From the NCBI GenBank assembly GCA_963762145.1, contig CAVXJS010000011.1, positions 320,001 to 384,000 on the forward strand: 64,000 nucleotides of DNA. The letters run 5' to 3'. Positions 56,454 to 64,000 of this stretch are shown here, in pieces; position 1 is the stretch's first letter, and every line of letters starts with the position of its first letter. Both the position numbers and the translations under genes were made by a program. Source of the DNA: an uncultured Candidatus Rokubacteria bacterium (GTDB taxonomy: Bacteria; Methylomirabilota; Methylomirabilia; Rokubacteriales; CSP1-6). The notes below the pieces were generated by a model. That model was not told where the DNA came from, searched no databases, and saw nothing but the letters and a program-made list of their open reading frames with translations.

Positions 56454-57047
56454 CTAGTTGGAGGAGCGGGGCGACGACGACTTGGTGACCCACACCACCC
56501 ACGGCAGCGTCGCCGAGTCCTCCCGGCGCACGTCCACGCGATACCCCTGGCTGCGCATGCTGGCGGCGAGGCGGTCGGCCGCGCCATCGTCCGCGAAGGC
56601 GGCCGCACGCACCCAGGGCGCGGTGTCGCCGGCGACGGACCGGACCGGCTTCGGCTCGAGGTCTTCGCGCCGGGGGGCGAGCGCGAGGGCGTCGTTCAGC
56701 CACGTCTCGCGGAGCTCCGGCGACGCCACGGCCCAGGGCTCGTCGCGGGAAAGCGGAGCCGGAGCCTGCGGGAGGAGATAGGGTAATCCGAGGAAGACGA
56801 TCACGAACGTGGGAACGAATGCCGCGAGGGCGGTCTGGATCCCACGCAGCACAGGCGTGCCGGACTCCGGGACCTCTTCCCCTTCTTCCCCTTCTTCTTC
56901 TTCCTTCTCGTCGTCACTCCCGAGGGGATATCGGGCTTCGAGCGAGAGGCGGACATCGTCGAGGAGATCCCGTTCCGGTGCGAGCCACTCCCCAAGCTCG
57001 GTGGGCTCAACGGGACCCGCGGTACTCGCGATCGCTTCACGTTCCAC
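56454..57047 (-). CDS. Bitopic membrane protein with C-terminal SPOR-like domain
   Basis: Acidic cytoplasmic N-region, one transmembrane segment, WVRAAAF...AADRLAASMRSQGY...WVVWV; GTG 57047. Confidence 0.7.
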   Translation of the reverse strand: MEREAIASTAGPVEPTELGEWLAPERDLLDDVRLSLEARYPLGSDDEKEEEEGEEGEEVPESGTPVLRGIQTALAAFVPTFVIVFLGLPYLLPQAPAPLSRDEPWAVASPELRETWLNDALALAPRREDLEPKPVRSVAGDTAPWVRAAAFADDGAADRLAASMRSQGYRVDVRREDSATLPWVVWVTKSSSPRSSN

Positions 57048-57104
57048 GGCTGACCACCCCTTGCCTGCCGGGCAGGTCTGACTCGCTGCTGCTCGGGCCG
57101 GGTA

Positions 57105-57133
57105 AACGTATCCACCCGGGGGCGGCTTGTCAA
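57105..57133 (-). promoter_or_regulatory. Sigma-70 promoter of the SPOR gene
   Basis: TTGACA (57133-57128), 17-bp spacer, TACGTT (57110-57105). Confidence 0.65.
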
Positions 57134-57187
57134 GCGATGTTTTCGGGAAAGTCGGCGTAAGTATGTGACTCTGTTCATGTATAGCTC

Positions 57188-57206
57188 TGTGGATGAATGT
57201 GGATAA
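57188..57206 (-). promoter_or_regulatory. Tandem DnaA boxes
   Basis: TTATCCACA (57206-57198, perfect) and TCATCCACA (57196-57188, one mismatch). Confidence 0.65.
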
Positions 57207-57231
57207 CATCCCCCACGAGCTGCCGGATCGA

Positions 57232-57966
57232 TCAGAGCGCGACGTCGCCGAGGAAGATGCGCTTGACCTCGGCGGACTGGAGCAGCTCCGCCGACGATCC
57301 GGTCAGGATGGTCCGGCCCGATTCGAGGATGTAGCCGCGATCCGCGAGCCGGAGCGCGAGCTCCACGTTCTGCTCGATGAACACGATGCTGATGCCCTGC
57401 TCGTCGCGGATGCGCCGCATCAGGCCGCCGAGCTGCTGCACGACGAGGGGAGACAGCCCGAGGAACGGCTCGTCGATCATCAGCAGGCGCGGGCGCGCCA
57501 TGAGCCCGCGCGCGATTGCCACCATCTGCTGCTCGCCGCCCGACAGGGTGTGCGCGAGCTGGGTCCGGCGGGACGCGATGATCGGGAACAGGCGCTCGAC
57601 CTGCGCCAGGGACTCCGCCCGGTGGGGGCGCGCGACCGGATTGTGGGCGCCCAGCAGCACGTTGTCGAGCACGGTGAGGAACGGGAACAGGCGCCGGCGC
57701 TCCAGCACGTGCGCGAGGCCTTCCCCCGCGGTGCGGTGGGCGGGCAGTCCGTCGATGCGCTTGCCGAGGAGGGTGATGTGGCCCGCGCGGGGCGCGATCA
57801 GCCCCGAGATCGAGTTCATCAGGGTCGACTTGCCCGCCCCGTTCGGTCCCAGGACCGCGACGATCTCGCCCTCGCCCACGTGCATCGCGGCCTGCCACAG
57901 CACCTGGAAGTCGCCGTAGGCGACGTCGAGGCCGTCGACCGATAGCATGGGCGTCGCGGCGCTCAC
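57232..57966 (-). CDS. livF: Branched-chain amino acid-type ABC ATPase
   Basis: GPNGAGKST, LSGGEQQM, MIDEPFLGL, IEQN. Confidence 0.9.
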   Translation of the reverse strand: MSAATPMLSVDGLDVAYGDFQVLWQAAMHVGEGEIVAVLGPNGAGKSTLMNSISGLIAPRAGHITLLGKRIDGLPAHRTAGEGLAHVLERRRLFPFLTVLDNVLLGAHNPVARPHRAESLAQVERLFPIIASRRTQLAHTLSGGEQQMVAIARGLMARPRLLMIDEPFLGLSPLVVQQLGGLMRRIRDEQGISIVFIEQNVELALRLADRGYILESGRTILTGSSAELLQSAEVKRIFLGDVAL

Positions 57967-58685
57967 TGGGTGTACGCCTTGCCGAGGTAGGCGTCGACGA
58001 CCCGGGGGTCGCGCGTCACCACGTCGGGCGTGCCGTCGGCGATCTTCTCGCCGAGGTAGAGGGCGACGATGCGCTGGGCCACCGCGGTGATGACCCGCAT
58101 GTTGTGCTCGATGACCAGGAGGGTGAGGCCGCCGCGGTGCAGGTCGCGGACGAGCTGCACCAGGCCGGGAATGCTGCGCTGGTCCACGCCGCCGGTCACC
58201 TCGTCGAGCAGGAGGACCCGCGGCTCGGTGGCCAGCGCGCGGGCCAGCTCGAGGCGCTTGCGCTGGCCGGTGGACAGGGTGCGCGCGTAGGCGTCCGCCT
58301 TCTCGCCGAGCCCCACGCGGTCGAGCAGCTCGCGGGCGCGGGCGCGCGCGTGGCGCACGTCGTGGGTGCGGGTGAGCGCGCCGACCATCACGTTGTCCAC
58401 CACGGTGAGCCCCGCGAACGGCCGCAGCTTCTGGAACGTCCGCGCCACGCCGAGGCGGCATACCCGGTCCGGCGAGAGGCCGGTGAGCGGGCTGCCGTCG
58501 AGCCGCACCAGGCCCGCGTCGGGGCGATAGAATCCGCTGATGATCTCGAACAGGGTCGACTTGCCGGACCCGTTCGGCCCGATGATGCCGACCAGCTCCC
58601 CGGGCGCCACGTCGAAGGAGACGTCGCGATTCGCGGTGACCCCGCCGAAGCTCTTGGTGATCCCCGCGACGGAGAGCAGGCTCAC
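57963..58685 (-). CDS. livG: Branched-chain amino acid-type ABC ATPase
   Basis: GPNGSGKST, RTFQ, LLDE, IEHNM, V.DAYLG. Confidence 0.9.
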   Translation of the reverse strand: MSLLSVAGITKSFGGVTANRDVSFDVAPGELVGIIGPNGSGKSTLFEIISGFYRPDAGLVRLDGSPLTGLSPDRVCRLGVARTFQKLRPFAGLTVVDNVMVGALTRTHDVRHARARARELLDRVGLGEKADAYARTLSTGQRKRLELARALATEPRVLLLDEVTGGVDQRSIPGLVQLVRDLHRGGLTLLVIEHNMRVITAVAQRIVALYLGEKIADGTPDVVTRDPRVVDAYLGKAYTQ

Positions 58686-59656
58686 GCGGCCGGCCTCGGG
58701 GCGGGGCGCCGGCGCAGGAGCGCGCCGACCCAGGGGAGCAGGCCTTGCGGCGCGACGCGCATGGTCACGATGAGCGCGGTCCCGTAGATGATCAGGTAGA
58801 TCCCCACGAGCCCGGCCCCGATCCCGCCGAAGCGAGCGCGGAGCGATGTCTCCAGGAGCGTGATGAGGGCGGCGCCGAGGAACGGCCCGAGCGGGGTCCC
58901 GATGCCCCCGAGGATCGCGAACAGGCAGAAGCGGACCGACAGGTCCACCGAGAAGACGTACAGGGGGTCCACGAAGCCGACGTACTGGGTCCAGAGCGTG
59001 CCGCACACCGCGGTGAGCGCGGCGCTGACCGCGATGGCGGCGACCTTGAGGCGGCGGGCCGGCACGCCGAGCGAGAGGGCGGCGTCCTCGTCTTCGCGCA
59101 CCGCGGCGAGCTGATAGCCGCGACGCGAGCGCTCGAGGTACAGCTGGACCAGGTAGAGCACGGCGGCGAGGACGAGGATGAGGTACACCCACACCCGCTT
59201 GTCCACGATCCCCAGCGTCCAGAGGCCTGGGCGGAAGGGAACCGGGATCCCCTCCGATCCGGAGGTGAAGGCGCGCCAGCGGCTCGCCACGATGAGCAGC
59301 ACCTGGGAGAGGGCGATCGTCGCGAGCCCGAAGTAGGGGCCGCGGAGACGGTTGCTGAGAAAGCCGAGGATGACGCCGAACGCGGTGGCGAGCGCGGCGC
59401 CGACCAGCAGGCCGATCCAGGGCGAGACCCCCCAGCGCGTGCCGAGGATCGCCGCCGCGTAGGCGCCGAGCCCGAAGAAGGCGGCGTGGCCGAGCGAGAC
59501 CTGGCCGGCGTAGCCGCCGGCCACGTTCCAGGCCGCCCCGGTCGTGCCCCACAGCAGGATCAGGACCAGGCCGTCGAGGAGGAAGGCGTCGCGGACCACG
59601 AGCGGCCCGAGGGCGGCCGCGGCGAAGAACGCGAGGGCGGGCCACGGGCCTCTCAC
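58682..59656 (-). CDS. livM: Branched-chain amino acid-type ABC permease
   Basis: GYAGQVSLGHAAFFGLGAY, RLRGPYF, AVREDEDAA, LGGIGT. Confidence 0.9.
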   Translation of the reverse strand: MRGPWPALAFFAAAALGPLVVRDAFLLDGLVLILLWGTTGAAWNVAGGYAGQVSLGHAAFFGLGAYAAAILGTRWGVSPWIGLLVGAALATAFGVILGFLSNRLRGPYFGLATIALSQVLLIVASRWRAFTSGSEGIPVPFRPGLWTLGIVDKRVWVYLILVLAAVLYLVQLYLERSRRGYQLAAVREDEDAALSLGVPARRLKVAAIAVSAALTAVCGTLWTQYVGFVDPLYVFSVDLSVRFCLFAILGGIGTPLGPFLGAALITLLETSLRARFGGIGAGLVGIYLIIYGTALIVTMRVAPQGLLPWVGALLRRRPAPRPAA

Positions 59657-60534
59657 GTGCCGATCACCTCGGCCCCGCGCTGGCCGAACAGGCCGGCGGG
59701 ACGGATCACGAGGATCGCGATGAACAGGAGCAGGTAGAGCACTTCCTTCCACGCGGTCCCGATGACGTAGGACCCCACGACCTCGACGAAGGCCACGACG
59801 AGGCTGGCGATCAGCGCGCCGACCATGTCCCCGAGTCCGCCCAGCACCACCGCCACGTAGGCGATCAGCACGAACTGGAGCCCGATCGACGGGTAGACGG
59901 GATAGATCGGCGCGAGCACCACCCCGGCCACCCCGACGCAGGTGATGCCGACCGCCCACGTCATGGCGAAGACCCGGCCGGTGTCGATCCCCATGAGCGA
60001 CGCCGCGTGCCGGTCCTGCGCGGTCGCCCGCATGATCTTCCCGGCGTAGGACCACCGCATGAAGGCGAAGAGCCCGGCGGTGAAGAGGACCGCGACCACG
60101 AACGCGGCGATCTGGGCGAGGTTGATCGCCACGCCGCCGAAACGGACGACGACCGCGTAGTAGCTGGTCCGGACGAACTGGGCGTCCGCGCTCCAGAGCA
60201 CGAGGGCGAGCGCCTGGAGCGCGATCGACAGCCCGACGGTCGTGAAGATCTGCACGCTGTGCGAGGCGTGGATCACCGGCTGCATGACCAGGCGGTAGCT
60301 GAGCCATCCGCCCCCGAAGATGACGGGCAGCCCCAGCACGAGCGTCACGTAGGGATCGAGCCCGAGGAGGGTGAATGACCAGAAGGCGAGATACATGCCC
60401 AGCATGAGGAACTCGCCGTGCGCGAAGTTGACCACCCGCATCACCCCGAAGATGAGGGTGAGGCCCACCGCGATGAGCGCGTAGATGCCGCCCAGCAGGA
60501 TGGTGGAGGCGAGAAGCTGGGGAATGACGTGCAT
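59653..60534 (-). CDS. livH: Branched-chain amino acid-type ABC permease
   Basis: YALIAVGLTLIFGVMRVVNFAHGE, MRATAQD, VLGGLG. Confidence 0.92.
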   Translation of the reverse strand: MHVIPQLLASTILLGGIYALIAVGLTLIFGVMRVVNFAHGEFLMLGMYLAFWSFTLLGLDPYVTLVLGLPVIFGGGWLSYRLVMQPVIHASHSVQIFTTVGLSIALQALALVLWSADAQFVRTSYYAVVVRFGGVAINLAQIAAFVVAVLFTAGLFAFMRWSYAGKIMRATAQDRHAASLMGIDTGRVFAMTWAVGITCVGVAGVVLAPIYPVYPSIGLQFVLIAYVAVVLGGLGDMVGALIASLVVAFVEVVGSYVIGTAWKEVLYLLLFIAILVIRPAGLFGQRGAEVIGT

Positions 60535-60618
60535 GGTCGGTTGATCAGCCGACAGCGCGACGCCCCGGGGTGGCGCCCCGGGGCGTACGAGCTGAGATCG
60601 GCGGATCGGCGGGGCGCG

Positions 60619-61893
60619 CTACTTGCGCTGGTCCCACGCGCCGAGCGGGATCCACTTGGCGCGGTTGGTGGTGAACTCCTCCGGCCACACCGTGACGAGC
60701 TGCCCGCCCTGCCACTGGAGCATGTAGTGCTGCACGCGGGCGTTGGTGTTCTGCCCGTTCTCGTCGAACTTCAAGCCCCAGCCGTTGATCGCCGAGCCGA
60801 CCGGCACGTCCATCGCCATGACCGCGGCGCGGAACTTGTCGGGGTCGTCGCTCTTGGCCGCGTCGAGCACGAGCTTGAGGACCCACAGGCCGCCTCCCGC
60901 GAGCTGGTGCCCGCCGGTGGGGATGTCCGAGCCGGTCTTGGTCTTCACCGCGTTCCGGAACGCGCGCTCGATCTGCTGGCCCTCGGGCCGCATCTTCTCG
61001 ATGATCAGGCCGGGGCCGGGCTCGAGGAGCGCGAAGGGACCGTTGCCGTCATTGCCGAAGGCCTTGCCGAAGTCGGGCGAGCCGTAGCCGGTGGCCCCCG
61101 CGTGGACGACCGCCTTGACCTCGAAGTTCTGCTCCCGCGCCTGCCGCCAGAAAAGGATGGCGTCCTGGTTGCGGGCGATGTGGTGCAGGACGTCGGGGTT
61201 GGCGTTCTTGAGCTTGAGGATCACCGGGGTGAGGTCGTTGGTGGTGAAGGTGTAGTACTCCAGCGCCACCTCCTGCATTCCGAACTCGGCCTTGGCCCGC
61301 TGCCGCGCGGACTCGGTCACGCTCTGGCCGTACGAGGAATCCTCCGACAGATACGCGACGCGCAGCTCGCTCGTCTTCTTGCCGAGACGGTGCGCGAGAT
61401 GCTTCGCGATGAACTCGACGTTGTACCAGCCGAACCCGGTACCGTCGATCTCGGTCCGGTACACGTTCTTGAGCCCGCGCTTGGTGAGCCGCGGATCGAC
61501 GCAGGACGTCTCCCAGTAGATGACGTTCTGCCGCGCGGCCGCCTCGCTGGCCGCGCCGCACAGGGTGGAGGAGAAGGTGCCGGTGATGATCTTGACCCCT
61601 TCCCGGGTGGCCAGCCGGGTGGCCTCGGAGGCGGCCACGGTCGGATCGACCGCGTCCCCGACCACGAAGACCAGCTTCTTGCCCATCACGCCGCCGCGCT
61701 CGTTGATGAGGTCGCGGACGATCTCGTAGCCCTCGAGGTGCCGCTTGCCCTCGGCCGCGAGGTTGCCGGTCAGCGGCTCCAGCACCCCGATCTTGTACTC
61801 GCCACTCAGCGGCTGCTGCGCCTGGAGGGCGCCGACGGCACCGACGGCCAGCGCGACGAGACCCACCACCACCGTCCACTTCATTCGCCTCAT
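60619..61893 (-). CDS. ABC transporter substrate-binding protein (LivJ/LivK-like; substrate unknown)
   Basis: Signal peptide, KIGVLEPLTG, INERGGVMG, QWQGG..VTVWP. Confidence 0.92.
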   Translation of the reverse strand: MRRMKWTVVVGLVALAVGAVGALQAQQPLSGEYKIGVLEPLTGNLAAEGKRHLEGYEIVRDLINERGGVMGKKLVFVVGDAVDPTVAASEATRLATREGVKIITGTFSSTLCGAASEAAARQNVIYWETSCVDPRLTKRGLKNVYRTEIDGTGFGWYNVEFIAKHLAHRLGKKTSELRVAYLSEDSSYGQSVTESARQRAKAEFGMQEVALEYYTFTTNDLTPVILKLKNANPDVLHHIARNQDAILFWRQAREQNFEVKAVVHAGATGYGSPDFGKAFGNDGNGPFALLEPGPGLIIEKMRPEGQQIERAFRNAVKTKTGSDIPTGGHQLAGGGLWVLKLVLDAAKSDDPDKFRAAVMAMDVPVGSAINGWGLKFDENGQNTNARVQHYMLQWQGGQLVTVWPEEFTTNRAKWIPLGAWDQRK

Positions 61894-61993
61894 GCCTGCT
61901 CTCCTCTCGTTGGTCCGGGGCACTGCGATTGGGACGGGCGGCGGCAGCGACAACCCGACGCACCGGGCGGCCAGTGTACCGCAGGTGGCCGCC

Positions 61994-62968
61994 CTACTGC
62001 TCCTGCTCCTGCTGCTGCTGGGCCGCGATCTCCTCGGCGGCCAGCTTGAGCCGGTCCCTCCGGCGCTCCGGGATCTCCTGGTAGACCGGGACGTCGATCT
62101 GCTCCATCTCCTCGTGCAGCGCCGAGATGTCCTTGGGGGTGGATTCCTGGGTGCGCACCTCGGTGCGCAGGGTCTCGTCCGCGTTGCCGCGGAAGATGCC
62201 CTTGTTGGGCGGCACGTCGTCGTAGTGCCGGCCGTGGCCCACCACCACGTAGTGGCCGTCGATCTCGCGGTTGTGGGTCGGATCGAACGGCACCCAGCCC
62301 GCGGTGGGAGAGTAGAACTCCACCCACGCGTGGCTCTGGGCCGTCTCCCCGTCGCGCGCCGGCATGTGCAGGTAGCCGCTCACGTAGCGGCACGGGATCT
62401 GGCGCAGCCGCAGGAGGCCGAGCATGAGGTGGGTGAAGTCCTGGCAGACGCCCGCCCCCGCGGCGAGGAAGTCGTCGCTGGTGGATTCGTAGCTGGTCAC
62501 GTTCTTCCGGTAAGTGAAGTGCTCGCCGATGTGCCGTCCGCACGCGCGCACCAGCTCGCCGAGCGGCGCGGTCGCCGGGACGGGCACCCCCTGCGCGAAC
62601 TTGCGCAGCGCCGCGCTCGCCCGCACCGGCCCGTCGAAGGCCAGGAAGTCGAGCAGAGGGTAGGGCGGCTCCGGATACGGACGCGGGTCGGTGACGCTGG
62701 CCAGCGCGGGCGCGGCCGGATGGGTGCTCACCGCGGAGCGAGCCACCACCTCGATGCGGTCGTGGAAGTGGACGATCGTGAAGTGGTGCACCACGTTGTG
62801 GTTCCAGTCCCGGTAGCGCGAGGTCTTGGTCGGCGGGCCCACCGCGAGCACGAAGGACTGGAGCGTCTGGTCCCCGGTGGTCTTGGGCTGCATGCGCAGC
62901 TCGAGGAATGACTCCCGGATGTAGGCGTCGTAGGCCAGCGACAGGGTGTGCTCGATCTCGACGAACAT
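61994..62968 (-). CDS. Transglutaminase-like protein with N-terminal bacterial transglutaminase domain
   Basis: Catalytic triad GVCQDFTH / SHAWVE / FDPT; IPCRYVSGYL; Gln-rich C-terminus QQQQEQEQ. Confidence 0.92.
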   Translation of the reverse strand: MFVEIEHTLSLAYDAYIRESFLELRMQPKTTGDQTLQSFVLAVGPPTKTSRYRDWNHNVVHHFTIVHFHDRIEVVARSAVSTHPAAPALASVTDPRPYPEPPYPLLDFLAFDGPVRASAALRKFAQGVPVPATAPLGELVRACGRHIGEHFTYRKNVTSYESTSDDFLAAGAGVCQDFTHLMLGLLRLRQIPCRYVSGYLHMPARDGETAQSHAWVEFYSPTAGWVPFDPTHNREIDGHYVVVGHGRHYDDVPPNKGIFRGNADETLRTEVRTQESTPKDISALHEEMEQIDVPVYQEIPERRRDRLKLAAEEIAAQQQQEQEQ

Positions 62969-62973
62969 GGCGC

Positions 62974-63933
62974 TCAGGAGCCGAAGTACACCGCGGACAG
63001 CGCGTCGTGGGCGCGGCCCAGCTCGGCGAGGACGTGATCGAGGAAGGACAGGCTCTGGCCCTCGCGGATGAGGTCGTGCCCCTGGTAGGAGAGCTCGGCG
63101 GCGAGCTTGCCCACGATCCGGACCGGCTGGCTGAGATCGCTCGCGCTCGAGATGCGGTCGAGGTGCTCCTTGACGGTGGCCACCCCGTAGCGCACCGAGC
63201 GCGGGGTCTGCGGATCGAAGAGGAGGAACTGGAGCACATCGATCGGCTCGAGGCGCGCGCCGAAGACCTTGCGGTAGTTCTCGAGCGAGGAGAGCCCGCG
63301 CAGGAGGCTGCGCCACTGGCTGTAGAAGAGCGGCAGGTCGATCTTGGGCTCGGCGGTCACCAGAGCGGGCAGCTTGGTGCGGAGGATCACGGTGGTGCGG
63401 AACACCCGCTCGAAGGACTCGCCGAGCTTGAGGAAGAGCCAGCCCGCGTCGCGCGTGAGGGTGTGCTCGATCGCGCCGACCGTGCTCAGGATCCCGCGAT
63501 GGGTCGACTGCATCGCGGTCCGGAAGGTCGCGGGATCCGAGAGGCGGCGGCGATTGTAGGCTTCGAGCTCCCGGTAGGTCTCGTTGAGATTGATGAAGCA
63601 CTCCAGCGTCAGGGCCTCGCGCACCGAGCGGGCGTTGTCGCGCGCCTTCTTGAGCGAGTGGAACACCGAGTAGCGGTTGTCGGGATCGATCGAGAGCCCC
63701 AGCAGGGTGGTGGCGGCGAGGCCGGCCAGGTGGCGGGCGGGCGGCTCGTTCTCCGAGAAGCCCGGGAAGATCGTGCGGAGGTCGTCCCACTCGCAGCGGG
63801 CCAGCTGCTCGTCGAGGCCGAGCACCTCGGTGGAGAGCTCCTCGGTCACCAGGAGCAGCCGCGTGGTGTTCTCGGCGCGCTCCAGATAGCGCCCCATCCA
63901 GTAGAGGCCGTCCGCGACGCGGGAGAGGATCAT
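62974..63933 (-). CDS. Alpha-E (DUF403) domain protein
   Basis: MILSRVADGLYWMGRYLERAE, ARDNARSVR, LG..FER, PRS motifs. Confidence 0.92.
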   Translation of the reverse strand: MILSRVADGLYWMGRYLERAENTTRLLLVTEELSTEVLGLDEQLARCEWDDLRTIFPGFSENEPPARHLAGLAATTLLGLSIDPDNRYSVFHSLKKARDNARSVREALTLECFINLNETYRELEAYNRRRLSDPATFRTAMQSTHRGILSTVGAIEHTLTRDAGWLFLKLGESFERVFRTTVILRTKLPALVTAEPKIDLPLFYSQWRSLLRGLSSLENYRKVFGARLEPIDVLQFLLFDPQTPRSVRYGVATVKEHLDRISSASDLSQPVRIVGKLAAELSYQGHDLIREGQSLSFLDHVLAELGRAHDALSAVYFGS

Positions 63934-64000
63934 GGCTCGCGCGGCGCGAGGACCCAGGTGTCCTTGCTGCCCCCGCCCTGGGAGGAGTTCACCACGTAGG
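63930..64000 (-). CDS. C-terminus of a circularly permuted type 2 ATP-grasp protein (partial)
   Basis: YVVNSSQGGGSKDTWVL, the family C-terminal motif; stop overlaps the alpha-E ATG. Confidence 0.88.
   Translation of the reverse strand, partial: YVVNSSQGGGSKDTWVLAPREP

Noticed and set aside
57140-57210. Replication origin at the DnaA boxes
   Set aside because: Only two good boxes, a short gap, no clear unwinding element and no dnaA/dnaN/gidA neighbours.

Overview
A very GC-rich, gene-dense bacterial chromosomal segment with about 70 CDS. I see no rRNA, tRNA, CRISPR array, prophage or transposase. Gene content and style (Liv-type ABC transporter, many redox and CoA enzymes, selenoproteins, sigma-54 promoters) fit a diderm soil bacterium such as Candidatus Rokubacteria/Methylomirabilota; this is inference only. 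Several blocks carry many single-base indels that look like long-read consensus errors, so many genes had to be stitched across frames and some coordinates are approximate. Highlights: (1) two selenoproteins missed by the ORF track, each with an in-frame TGA and a SECIS-like hairpin: a UGSC-family protein paired with an uncharacterised DGLPIVPPT protein, and a UxxC redoxin heading a two-component/Mo-enzyme operon; (2) a halohydrin-dehalogenase-motif SDR coupled to a YciI-family gene; (3) an apparently fused two-module acyl-CoA dehydrogenase whose halves have lost complementary motifs; (4) a methanethiol-oxidase (SBP56)-SCO pair apparently lacking one TTQ tryptophan and lacking mauG, divergent from a bfd-bfr-hemP-exbB-exbD-FTR1 iron operon with a DtxR/IdeR-like box; (5) four sigma-54 promoters, two with IHF-like sites, one driving an unannotated 40-aa protein; (6) a family of REP/BoxC-like palindromes, a 166-nt element with 35-bp inverted repeats, DnaA boxes upstream of a SPOR gene, and an ATP-grasp/alpha-E/transglutaminase cluster at the right edge.
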